From the sequence record NC_061448.1: a stretch of DNA of 64,000 nt; one strand, written 5' to 3'. This document shows positions 35,242-43,408 of this stretch, piece by piece. The first letter of the stretch is position 1. Each line of letters starts with the position of its first letter. Made by a program: the position numbers and the translations under genes. The notes under the pieces were generated by a model. It was given only the letters and a program-made list of their open reading frames with translations. It was not told the origin of the DNA and did no database searches.

Positions 35242-35767
35242 GTCACTTGGCGTTTATCTGACGTATGTTCTGCGTCACAAGCCGCAAGACATTGGCATCG
35301 CTATGGACACTCAGGGCTGGGTATCTGTGCATGACCTGCTTGAGAAAGCACGATACAACAAACCGGTCACGATGCAAATGCTGATCGAAGAAGTAGCGAA
35401 CGACGACAAGGGGCGCTTCGAGTTCAACGCAAGCAAGACCCGCATTCGCTGTGTTCAAGGACATTCGTGTGAGCACGTCATTCTCAATCTCGAACCGTGG
35501 ACAGACTGGAGTCCGTTGTATCACGGTACCGCTGAGAAGAACATCGCATCGATCATGCAAGACGGCATCCTGAAACGCAAACGCAAGCACGTCCATATCA
35601 GCAACGATATTGAAACTGCGAAGCGTGTGGGTCAACGTCATGGTGTGCCTGTTGTGTTTCAGATTGATACGCTGTCCATGATTACTCATGGTTATAAATT
35701 TTACCGCGCAGAGAATGGCGTCATTCTTACCGAGTATGTACCGTCGCGCTATATTCGACTGGTGTGA
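35234..35767 (+). CDS. kptA: RNA 2'-phosphotransferase (Tpt1/KptA)
   Basis: LTYVLRH, GWV, KGRFE, IRCVQGHS, LYHGT, RKHVHIS, RHG, NGVILT motifs. Confidence 0.95.
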   Translation: MAKSLGVYLTYVLRHKPQDIGIAMDTQGWVSVHDLLEKARYNKPVTMQMLIEEVANDDKGRFEFNASKTRIRCVQGHSCEHVILNLEPWTDWSPLYHGTAEKNIASIMQDGILKRKRKHVHISNDIETAKRVGQRHGVPVVFQIDTLSMITHGYKFYRAENGVILTEYVPSRYIRLV

Positions 35768-36171
35768 TTATGCAAAAGACGTACATGAGTCATTGGGGAT
35801 CGCGGTATGTGCGCACTATATCAGGCCGCTGGTATTCAGTTCATGGACGCGAAGGAACGTGGGTAACGAATCGCTATGGCACAACATTCTACCGCAGCGG
35901 TTCAGAAGTGTGGCGCGACATTAACAAGGGATGGGAAGTTGCGCTTGAGCATGAACTTCATCGACGTACCGAAATCGAACACAAAGAAGTGGACGATAAG
36001 TATAAGCACTGGGGCAAGATAGTTAAGGCTATCGCAGTGCAGTCAGTTGACCAGAACAATGAGCACACAGCACAATTAGCTGAGATGCTCGAAGCGCTAA
36101 GACAGCGCTTTTATGGTCAGCAACTACAGCAACTAAGCATAACATTGGACGAAACAGCCGTTACAAGCTGA
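35764..36171 (+). CDS. hypothetical protein
   Basis: GTGA overlap; stop lies within P4 spacer. Confidence 0.7.
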   Translation: MIMQKTYMSHWGSRYVRTISGRWYSVHGREGTWVTNRYGTTFYRSGSEVWRDINKGWEVALEHELHRRTEIEHKEVDDKYKHWGKIVKAIAVQSVDQNNEHTAQLAEMLEALRQRFYGQQLQQLSITLDETAVTS

Positions 36172-36189
36172 GTCGATTTATGCTATAAT
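36137..36189 (+). promoter_or_regulatory. early promoter P4 (degenerate box)
   Basis: GCATAACATTGGACG, 32 bp, TGcTATAAT. Confidence 0.7.
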
Positions 36190-36225
36190 AGAGATGAACG
36201 CTAGACACTCGTTTAGCTACTTACA

Positions 36226-36248
36226 TGAGGATATGTACATGAAAAAGA
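36226..36248 (+). repeat. 23-bp RBS/start repeat TGAGGATATGTACATGAAAAAGA, copy 1 (copy 2 at 36573-36595)
   Basis: Perfect direct repeat. Confidence 0.85.
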
Positions 36249-36559
36249 CAAAAGTTGAACCTACCATTGAAGGCCGTATCTTTACTTTGTTTGGTGTTGG
36301 TCCTGTTCCGGACGAATCAACAATACCATTCGCAGACCGTGATACATTTCTTCCGATGCTGCGTAAAGTTCAGGAAAGTGCTCAACTGGAACGCATTCGT
36401 GGTTTGTCCTGTTGTCCGTATTGCCGAGAGACAATGATGCTCGGTGAATACACCAAAGACAACTGGCTGTGGTCCTATTCATATCAGCATATGATTGAAC
36501 ACCACAACGTAACGCCGTCCGCAGAATTTATTGCTTACGTCGAAACCGCTTCCAAGTAA
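36239..36559 (+). CDS. hypothetical protein with CxxC and His motif
   Basis: RGLSCCPYCR...HMIEHH. Confidence 0.75.
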   Translation: MKKTKVEPTIEGRIFTLFGVGPVPDESTIPFADRDTFLPMLRKVQESAQLERIRGLSCCPYCRETMMLGEYTKDNWLWSYSYQHMIEHHNVTPSAEFIAYVETASK

Positions 36560-36585
36560 CCTGAACTTCGCCTGAGGATATGTAC

Positions 36586-37989
36586 ATGAAAAAGATTAAA
36601 CACACTTTCCGACTGACCGACCTTGTTCGTATTGCCGATGTTCTGCCTGTCACTATGAAACACTTTAGTGGTGCTGGCGAAGAAGCAATTGTTGTTGAAC
36701 GTAATGATACCTCTGATGAATATGGGTTGCACATCAAACATCATGGTTACGTTTCGTGGTACCCTGCTGAAAGCCTGACGCTTATCAAACACAACCAGAG
36801 CGAATTGCTTGACAAGTGGGAAGCTGGTAAGTACGGCAAGAAGAAAAAGAAAGAGCGCAAGATCCCCGATGAACTGCGCAACTTCACCGCTATCTTGCCT
36901 GTGACTTGCAACGCTGATTGCTCTTTCTGTCCTGAGAAAGAGATGGAGAACAAGGCGCCGCAGAAAGAGTGGCAAGACAAACTGATTGCTGCGATTAAGA
37001 CACACGGCCATCGTGTCGATCACGTATCAATCTCCGGCGGTGAACCTACGCTGCGTATGAAGTACCTGTTCGAAACGATCGACCAGATTAAGACAAAAGC
37101 GCATATGCGCAAAGTGGGTCTGACTTCGAACGGTCAGTTCCTTGAGAAGCCGAATCAGTTGCTGACGTTTCTCGATCTGAACACGGACGAGATGTTGGAA
37201 AGCAAACTGTCGCATCTGAATATCAGTATGCACTCGTTTGACCGCGAGAAAGCAAACAAGATCATGGGCGTCAACTATACGTGGACTCTCGAAGACCTTG
37301 CTCGCTTCCGTCGTCAGTTAGGCCGCAAACTGAGTTTCCACATCAACTTCGTTATCAACGAACAGAACATTGATAACATCGAGTGGGAGTTCCGTCAGGC
37401 CAACGAGTTCATGAAAGAGAACCAGTGGATTGACGTTGTATTCCGTGTTGACTACGACAACAAGAAACTGAACAAAGAACTGCGTAAGTATGGTCTGGCT
37501 GTACAGGCTGCGCGTGAAGCAAAACGTCCACGCGATAAGAGCATCAAGTACACGCCTCCGAAAGTTAAAGAGCCTAAGCTGATCAAGCTGTTTAACTCTA
37601 TCTTCGACGGTAGCTTCTACGACGAACTGACCGAAGAGACTATGCCTGGCTTTGGTGATACGTTCACAACCGCGTGTCCGTCGTGCTTCACTCACCGCAG
37701 CACTGACTTAGGTAACAGCTTCGCATATCTGAAAGCGTCTTCATACGAACCGAACGAAGACGAAGAAGAATACACTGAGATGGTATTCCACATGGACGGT
37801 GGTCTGTACTTCGATTGGTCGCGCAAAGAGCCTGTGCCAGAAGTGAAAGCGAAGAAAGCTAAACCTCTGCCTCGTTTGAAGAAAGCGAAGAAGGCTGAAC
37901 CGAAAGGTTATCCTGATAGCTGCAACTATTCTTCTCCGTGCAGTTACTCGCGTGGCTCGTCTTGCAGTTTTGGCAGCGGTATGTGCTAA
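36586..37989 (+). CDS. radical SAM protein with extra N-terminal domain and Cys-rich tail
   Basis: CNADCSFC (CxxxCxxC), ISGGEPTL, TSNG, LNISMH. Confidence 0.9.
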   Translation: MKKIKHTFRLTDLVRIADVLPVTMKHFSGAGEEAIVVERNDTSDEYGLHIKHHGYVSWYPAESLTLIKHNQSELLDKWEAGKYGKKKKKERKIPDELRNFTAILPVTCNADCSFCPEKEMENKAPQKEWQDKLIAAIKTHGHRVDHVSISGGEPTLRMKYLFETIDQIKTKAHMRKVGLTSNGQFLEKPNQLLTFLDLNTDEMLESKLSHLNISMHSFDREKANKIMGVNYTWTLEDLARFRRQLGRKLSFHINFVINEQNIDNIEWEFRQANEFMKENQWIDVVFRVDYDNKKLNKELRKYGLAVQAAREAKRPRDKSIKYTPPKVKEPKLIKLFNSIFDGSFYDELTEETMPGFGDTFTTACPSCFTHRSTDLGNSFAYLKASSYEPNEDEEEYTEMVFHMDGGLYFDWSRKEPVPEVKAKKAKPLPRLKKAKKAEPKGYPDSCNYSSPCSYSRGSSCSFGSGMC

Positions 37990-38001
37990 GGAAAAACTAA
38001 A

Positions 38002-38364
38002 ATGAATGAACGTCGTAACTTTTACTATCACAGCCCGTTCTACTACGGACTTATCGTGTGGCGCAGACGTCTTGCTATAGTGAGTGCAATGCTGATTGCT
38101 ATCCTGATCATTCACGGTCGTTCAGCACCTGCTGTCGAAGACATGTGGTTTTGGACAGGCATCATCTTCGGTATCGTTGGAGGTGTGTGCTACATTCGCA
38201 TGTGGTGCTACGAGAACTATCTGCTTGCTGCAATGGGTCCGCTTGATAGCAGCACGGTTATCGGTTCGTTGAACTTCGATAAGATCGAACGCAAACACGC
38301 AGTCTGGTACGAGAAGAAGTTTGGTTGCAAGCCACCTAAAACTAACACATGGAGTATCGACTAA
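38002..38364 (+). CDS. two-TM membrane protein
   Basis: Two hydrophobic helices; AAGGA RBS. Confidence 0.7.
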   Translation: MNERRNFYYHSPFYYGLIVWRRRLAIVSAMLIAILIIHGRSAPAVEDMWFWTGIIFGIVGGVCYIRMWCYENYLLAAMGPLDSSTVIGSLNFDKIERKHAVWYEKKFGCKPPKTNTWSID

Positions 38365-38831
38365 TGCCTCGCATGTTCACTGATACACACCGCAAGAAAT
38401 ACTATCGTCGCAAAGATGACCCGCAGTATCACGGTGACCTGTGCGAGTCATTGCACATCGAAGGTATGGAAACGCTGAAAGATCTGAAATACTTTCAGAC
38501 TGCTATCGGCGCAATGCGTAGACGCGACAATATGAAAGTCGATACGTCGCGTAAATTCCAAGAGTGGGAACGTCTTGGTATGCTGATACGAGGTAATCCC
38601 GATATTCGGGAGTTGCAGAAACATGTTCACGCTTGTGCGTCCAGACTGAAAGCACTTCGCATTGCTTATACCGAAGCGCACTCTAAACGACACAATCAAC
38701 CGCTGCGTTTTGAAGTGAAAGACGCAGACAACAATCGTGTTGATTTGTTCGTGACCTACGATGCAGCGAAATACTGCAAACTGTATTCTGGACTAGGTGC
38801 AACTATCGAACGTTACGAAGGAGATAAGTGA
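38364..38831 (+). CDS. hypothetical protein
   Basis: TAATG coupling. Confidence 0.7.
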   Translation: MPRMFTDTHRKKYYRRKDDPQYHGDLCESLHIEGMETLKDLKYFQTAIGAMRRRDNMKVDTSRKFQEWERLGMLIRGNPDIRELQKHVHACASRLKALRIAYTEAHSKRHNQPLRFEVKDADNNRVDLFVTYDAAKYCKLYSGLGATIERYEGDK

Positions 38832-39319
38832 TGGCCAAGCATCATACGTTTCGTCTGAATGATATGTGCGCCGTTCAAGGCAAGCGCAATGTATTCGGTC
38901 CGCAACAAGGCGAGCATGTTATTGTTGTGGGACGTCACCCTGATCTGAATGAGTACACCGTGTATTACAAAGACGGTCTGTACGGTTGGTTCAAAGCAGA
39001 AGACCTGACGCTTGTACAACACGATGCCCATGCACAACTTGAAGTGTGGGAAGACGCGTACAATGAACGTTGCAAACAAGATGATGACACTGTGAATGAT
39101 TCGCCTAAGTGTAAATCATGCGATGAACCTCTTGGCGAAGATCGTATTGAGCAGGGCCTGTGTATAAACTGCGACTTCGATGAAGATGCACTAGATGAAC
39201 TGAGCAAGAAGCTCGACCGAATCGAAGCTGGGCATTGTTCTGAGTGTGACAAGAAATTGGATAGCGACGAAGGTGATGACGAGTCAATGTGTCTGTCTTG
39301 TCGCTGCAACGAAATTTGA
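38831..39319 (+). CDS. protein with radical-SAM-like N-terminal domain and two CxxC-CxxC fingers
   Basis: HTFRLND...EY...W...E.LTL..H; CKSC/CINC and CSEC/CLSC. Confidence 0.75.
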   Translation: MAKHHTFRLNDMCAVQGKRNVFGPQQGEHVIVVGRHPDLNEYTVYYKDGLYGWFKAEDLTLVQHDAHAQLEVWEDAYNERCKQDDDTVNDSPKCKSCDEPLGEDRIEQGLCINCDFDEDALDELSKKLDRIEAGHCSECDKKLDSDEGDDESMCLSCRCNEI

Positions 39320-39332
39320 GGATAGAAATAAA

Positions 39333-39596
39333 ATGGCTGTTGGTTTTGTAAAAGACGATGGCGTAAACGATACCATCGAAACAAACGTGATGAACGAGAT
39401 TGACCGCGCTCGTTCAGAACTTCTAGGCGTGGGTTCAGATTACTGCGTCAACCCTGATTGCGGTGCAAAGATTCCTGTGATGCGCAAACTCGCTATGCCG
39501 AATGCGCGTTACTGCATTACCTGTCAGGCAGCGCATGACGGCACTGCTAATGTCGGCTATAATCGCCGTGGCTCAAAAGATTCTCAGTTGAGGTAG
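39333..39596 (+). CDS. ybiI: DksA/TraR C4 zinc-finger protein, YbiI-like
   Basis: C-x4-CG..IP..R..A.P.AR.C..CQ and terminal YNRRGSKDSQLR as recalled for enterobacterial YbiI. Confidence 0.9.
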   Translation: MAVGFVKDDGVNDTIETNVMNEIDRARSELLGVGSDYCVNPDCGAKIPVMRKLAMPNARYCITCQAAHDGTANVGYNRRGSKDSQLR

Positions 39597-39598
39597 TT

Positions 39599-40030
39599 AT
39601 GGAAGCTAAAGTAACGCAGTCTGGTATCGAGTGGCATGTTACAGTAACGCAGAACGATCAGCCAAGCAACACGTTCAAGGCTGTGTATCATTCCGAAGAA
39701 GAATATCAAAAGTGGATGGACCTGCACAAGAACGACTACACGGTAGAAGTCGATATTGTTCAGACGTTGACTGTTGCTGTGAAGAAAGGCACTTACCCTG
39801 ATGTGCAGTCTGTCGTTGACCCCAACGTGACGTACTCACTTGAAGCGTTTATCACTACCGCTAACGACTGGGTGATTGTTCGTAGTGGCATCACAACTCC
39901 AGAAGCGGTCACCGAACTTGTTGATCGCCTAAACATTACCCCGGAAAGCAAACACGCTTTCGCTACTAAGTTCCGTGTAGTGCGTGTCGTTCGCAGTGAA
40001 GTAGAAGAACTGTGGGGAGAGATGTGGTGA
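39599..40030 (+). CDS. hypothetical protein
   Basis: GAGG RBS. Confidence 0.75.
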   Translation: MEAKVTQSGIEWHVTVTQNDQPSNTFKAVYHSEEEYQKWMDLHKNDYTVEVDIVQTLTVAVKKGTYPDVQSVVDPNVTYSLEAFITTANDWVIVRSGITTPEAVTELVDRLNITPESKHAFATKFRVVRVVRSEVEELWGEMW

Positions 40031-40161
40031 GTGACAAAGAACCGTATTCGCGTTGCACTGATTGTCGTACGCCTCTAGCAGAAGGCGAAGTGTACGGCGA
40101 GTGGGATGACCTATGTGAAAACTGCTGCGCTGATCGTGAAGACGAAGGGGAGCCAACATAA
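40027..40161 (+). CDS. 44-aa acidic CxxC-CxxC microprotein (below track cutoff)
   Basis: MSDKEPYSRCTDCRTPLAEGEVYGEWDDLCENCCADREDEGEPT; GGGGAG RBS; GTGA and TAATG overlaps on both sides. Confidence 0.75.
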   Translation: MSDKEPYSRCTDCRTPLAEGEVYGEWDDLCENCCADREDEGEPT

Positions 40162-40478
40162 TGCTGCGTAAACTTTGGATCGCTATGGGGTTTCAGTTCC
40201 CTACTGTTGCTGACGCTATGCGTAAGCGCCAAGCATGTACGCGTATTGGCTATACAAGCTACTGCGTTATGAATCGCGCGGGTTTCGCAGAGGCATTCAC
40301 GCATCACCTGCATGAATATCGTAACGCATCTGACTCTTTGGCTGTGCTCAATAAAAACAAGCATGAGGATGTAGCGGCTAAATCACAGCGTATGGATTAT
40401 CCGTGTGTTGTCGTCTTTAGTGAAGATGACTTCTCCGCGATTGCAATTGATGCACCTACTATGGAGCGCCATGTATGA
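40161..40478 (+). CDS. hypothetical protein
   Basis: TAATG coupling. Confidence 0.7.
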   Translation: MLRKLWIAMGFQFPTVADAMRKRQACTRIGYTSYCVMNRAGFAEAFTHHLHEYRNASDSLAVLNKNKHEDVAAKSQRMDYPCVVVFSEDDFSAIAIDAPTMERHV

Positions 40479-40828
40479 GACTGACAAAGTTGCCTCGTTA
40501 CCTGTATCTGACGGGTAAGCAGGTGAAAAACTTCTTCAAGTTGCTCAAGGCGAATCGTGAACTTGCTGCTATGGAACACGAAGCAGAGGTACTCAAGGCA
40601 CTACACGATCTCACCGAGCGCGATATGAAGAACGGCACTATGATCTGCATAAAGGTGCTTTCGTTCTTTCATGAACTCAAAAAGCCGCGCGGTGTGCGAC
40701 ACAACCTGCCCTACTTGTGGCCGAAGCGAGATTTGATTCGTCTGCTTAACCAAAACGGTGTTGCAGTAGGTCCTGTGCCGAACTACTTTGTAGCGCTCCA
40801 TCAACTCGTCGATAAGAGGTTTAAGTAA
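40475..40828 (+). CDS. hypothetical protein
   Basis: ATGA overlap. Confidence 0.7.
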   Translation: MRLTKLPRYLYLTGKQVKNFFKLLKANRELAAMEHEAEVLKALHDLTERDMKNGTMICIKVLSFFHELKKPRGVRHNLPYLWPKRDLIRLLNQNGVAVGPVPNYFVALHQLVDKRFK

Positions 40829-41496
40829 TGGACAATATCATCCAATTCCTCATGAACGATGACGAGATACATGATGCACTCGTTGCCTATCGTACTGACC
40901 CGACCGAAGAAAACAAACGTCGTGTGATCGAGACTATCTTGAACGAAAGAGAGTCTGTTATCATCGCGTCAAACAAACCTGCTGTGCCTGAAAAGCTGCC
41001 GCATCGTTTCGTTCTTGTGCCAACTACTGACACTATTAAAAGTCTCAGACCTGAGTTTCTAGGTAAGAGAAGTTTTCACTGGGTGCCTGGTCCTGACGAC
41101 CAGCTTGCTGCTACTGCAAAGCAGGCTTCTGCTGTTCTAAGGCATATTCATGAACTCGGAGGCTCTGCTGTATACGTTCGTTTCTCTGGCGCAGAGTGGC
41201 AAGCTACATTCGACCGCGTAGGCTTCAATTATCCATTGCGTGAGATGAAAGTCGCTACTCTGGAAACAGAAAGCCTTGATGCTATAGCAGACATTATGGC
41301 GAAACTGATTCGCTTAGTCGGCAACATGGATGACATGGCATATTCAATCCGATTGATTCGCCAGATGTATGCAGTCGCTGAGAACAGACACGACGACTCG
41401 GTCACCGATGCTCTTATCAAGATGATCGATACGTCACGCACACAGAACATTCCGTCTATCTGTAAAGAACCAGAAGACGAGAACGAGGAAGAATAA
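40828..41496 (+). CDS. hypothetical protein
   Basis: TAATG coupling. Confidence 0.75.
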   Translation: MDNIIQFLMNDDEIHDALVAYRTDPTEENKRRVIETILNERESVIIASNKPAVPEKLPHRFVLVPTTDTIKSLRPEFLGKRSFHWVPGPDDQLAATAKQASAVLRHIHELGGSAVYVRFSGAEWQATFDRVGFNYPLREMKVATLETESLDAIADIMAKLIRLVGNMDDMAYSIRLIRQMYAVAENRHDDSVTDALIKMIDTSRTQNIPSICKEPEDENEEE

Positions 41497-41868
41497 ATGA
41501 TCAAGCAAATCCCTAGACAGTTTACCGAGAAAGATTCTAAGCTGACAATTGAAGACCACGCTGCTGTACTTGAACTGACAGACTACACTGTCGTGGTTCG
41601 TGGCAAATGGAAAATGATTCGTGGTACAAACAAGAGCGGTCGCTTCACTGTCGTTCTTGTCGGACCACATCCTGTCACTTCCAATCTGGTCGGCATTCAG
41701 ATTCTCATGGCTGCCGGTTTCTCTGACGTAGACGCTATGCTTGCTCTCGGTGTAACACGCGGTGAGCATAAGACGTGGCTTAAACAACAACGCGCTCGCA
41801 TTCGTGAATCTAAATCACAACCGCGCATGGGCAGCACAACCGCACTCGACGATCTCAAGGGGAAGTAA
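41497..41868 (+). CDS. hypothetical protein
   Basis: GAGG RBS; abuts upstream stop. Confidence 0.75.
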   Translation: MIKQIPRQFTEKDSKLTIEDHAAVLELTDYTVVVRGKWKMIRGTNKSGRFTVVLVGPHPVTSNLVGIQILMAAGFSDVDAMLALGVTRGEHKTWLKQQRARIRESKSQPRMGSTTALDDLKGK

Positions 41869-41869
41869 G

Positions 41870-42634
41870 ATGAAACAGTTATTCGTAGGCAGTCACCCAA
41901 ACACCGTTCGCTTCTCTGACCTTGACGGGCGTGATCGCGTCTGTGAGATTCGTGTCATGATCGCTAATGCGTATACTACTTTGCGCGATGCAATCGGTGA
42001 ACAGGCAAAGAACGAATCGAATATCTTCCACGGTCCGTGGTTAGTGTTTCGCAATCTCATGAATGAACACCCGGCCGCGTGTCTCGAAGAATATCGTCAT
42101 GCCTCAATCTACTTCGATGCAGACACAGAAGGTCAGATTACTGAAATTGCTGACCTGATTGAGCAGCACATCGAGCTGACTCGCCAGTCGATCAACCTGA
42201 AAGGCATTCATCAACATCAGGCCGATATGATGATTGGTATTGACGATACGACCAAGAATACGATGCGTGAAGTAACACTGCGTGTTGGTTTAGGCAAAAC
42301 TCGTAACGGCAACCCACATCTGATTCTGGCTGACAGCGTTCGACACTACATCGACCTGGCTTCTGTCGTCGAATCGACGTTCGCATTCTGTGTACTGCTT
42401 ACCAAGAAGCTAGACTCGGACGCACATGAGAACTACGGCGAGATGACTTACGACGAGATGGTCGATTGTGTACACGGTCTGATTCTCGGTTCTTCCAAAA
42501 GCATAAAGAACCTCCGTGAACTCATTATGGACAGCATCAACGAACTGTCCATGCCGTACTCTCAATTCGTTTCTGGTCCTAAGTTCGACGACGAACAGGC
42601 GGCTGACAATGAAAACTTTGCATTGCGTGGCTAA
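41870..42634 (+). CDS. hypothetical protein
   Basis: AAGGGG RBS before ATG 41870. Confidence 0.75.
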   Translation: MKQLFVGSHPNTVRFSDLDGRDRVCEIRVMIANAYTTLRDAIGEQAKNESNIFHGPWLVFRNLMNEHPAACLEEYRHASIYFDADTEGQITEIADLIEQHIELTRQSINLKGIHQHQADMMIGIDDTTKNTMREVTLRVGLGKTRNGNPHLILADSVRHYIDLASVVESTFAFCVLLTKKLDSDAHENYGEMTYDEMVDCVHGLILGSSKSIKNLRELIMDSINELSMPYSQFVSGPKFDDEQAADNENFALRG

Positions 42635-42812
42635 ACGTTATTGGCGCGAGGCGACGATACTGATTGTATTAGCTGTCATCGCTATCGCATTACCTTACTT
42701 CGAAGTACGCAACCCCAAGCTGACTATGTTGGTCGCTATTATCGTGGCTGTGTACTTCTTCGCTACATGGGCATGTAAGCCCAGTTATGGACGAGACAAT
42801 GAAAAAGAATGA
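42609..42812 (+). CDS. small two-TM membrane protein
   Basis: ATILIVLAVIAIALPYF and MLVAIIVAVYFFATW. Confidence 0.6.
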   Translation: MKTLHCVAKRYWREATILIVLAVIAIALPYFEVRNPKLTMLVAIIVAVYFFATWACKPSYGRDNEKE

Positions 42813-43350
42813 AGTCGTATTGAGCGCGGAAGAGATTGCAGACGGCGTTGCCAAAATCAATCACGCATTGCTGCAAGTTGGTCTGCGTTGCAACGAAGGT
42901 GATGTTGGTTATGAAACGCTGTACACCGATGATCGTGGTGAAACGCAAGGTGGCTGGTACGCCGAGTTCGATAAGAAGTCCCGCGACAAGTTGCGTGAGT
43001 CAAAGCGAGTGTCGTGGCGTAACACTGGCATGATTAGCGGTGACACGCTTGATAGCATTCTGCGTACTGCTGCAAGTCTGAAATTCCGCAACTATGGCAA
43101 AGAGCCTAGCCCAACTCAGATTAAGAAGGTGGCGCACATGATGACCAAAGAGGGTGCCACACAGAGAGCGCTTGAGATCTTCAACTCAGCCCAGCCTCTG
43201 TCTGATTCAGATCTAAATCTGTGTATCGAACACTTCCGCTCACTGGAAGCGTTAATCAAAGTTGACCCGATGTTGAAGCTCGCGCAGCCATACGTCGTGA
43301 ACAACCTGTATCAACTCGAAAACTACTTACACGCACGTAAGATGAAGTAA
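42799..43350 (+). CDS. hypothetical protein
   Basis: ORF track. Confidence 0.75.
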   Translation: MKKNEVVLSAEEIADGVAKINHALLQVGLRCNEGDVGYETLYTDDRGETQGGWYAEFDKKSRDKLRESKRVSWRNTGMISGDTLDSILRTAASLKFRNYGKEPSPTQIKKVAHMMTKEGATQRALEIFNSAQPLSDSDLNLCIEHFRSLEALIKVDPMLKLAQPYVVNNLYQLENYLHARKMK

Positions 43351-43355
43351 CAATC

Positions 43356-43383
43356 ATGGGAGACTCCTCACGGGGTTTCCCAT
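43356..43383 (+). terminator. hairpin, possible terminator
   Basis: ATGGGAGACTCC-TCAC-GGGGTTTCCCAT. Confidence 0.55.
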
Positions 43384-43408
43384 TAGTCATTTCTGGAGCA
43401 AATTTCAC

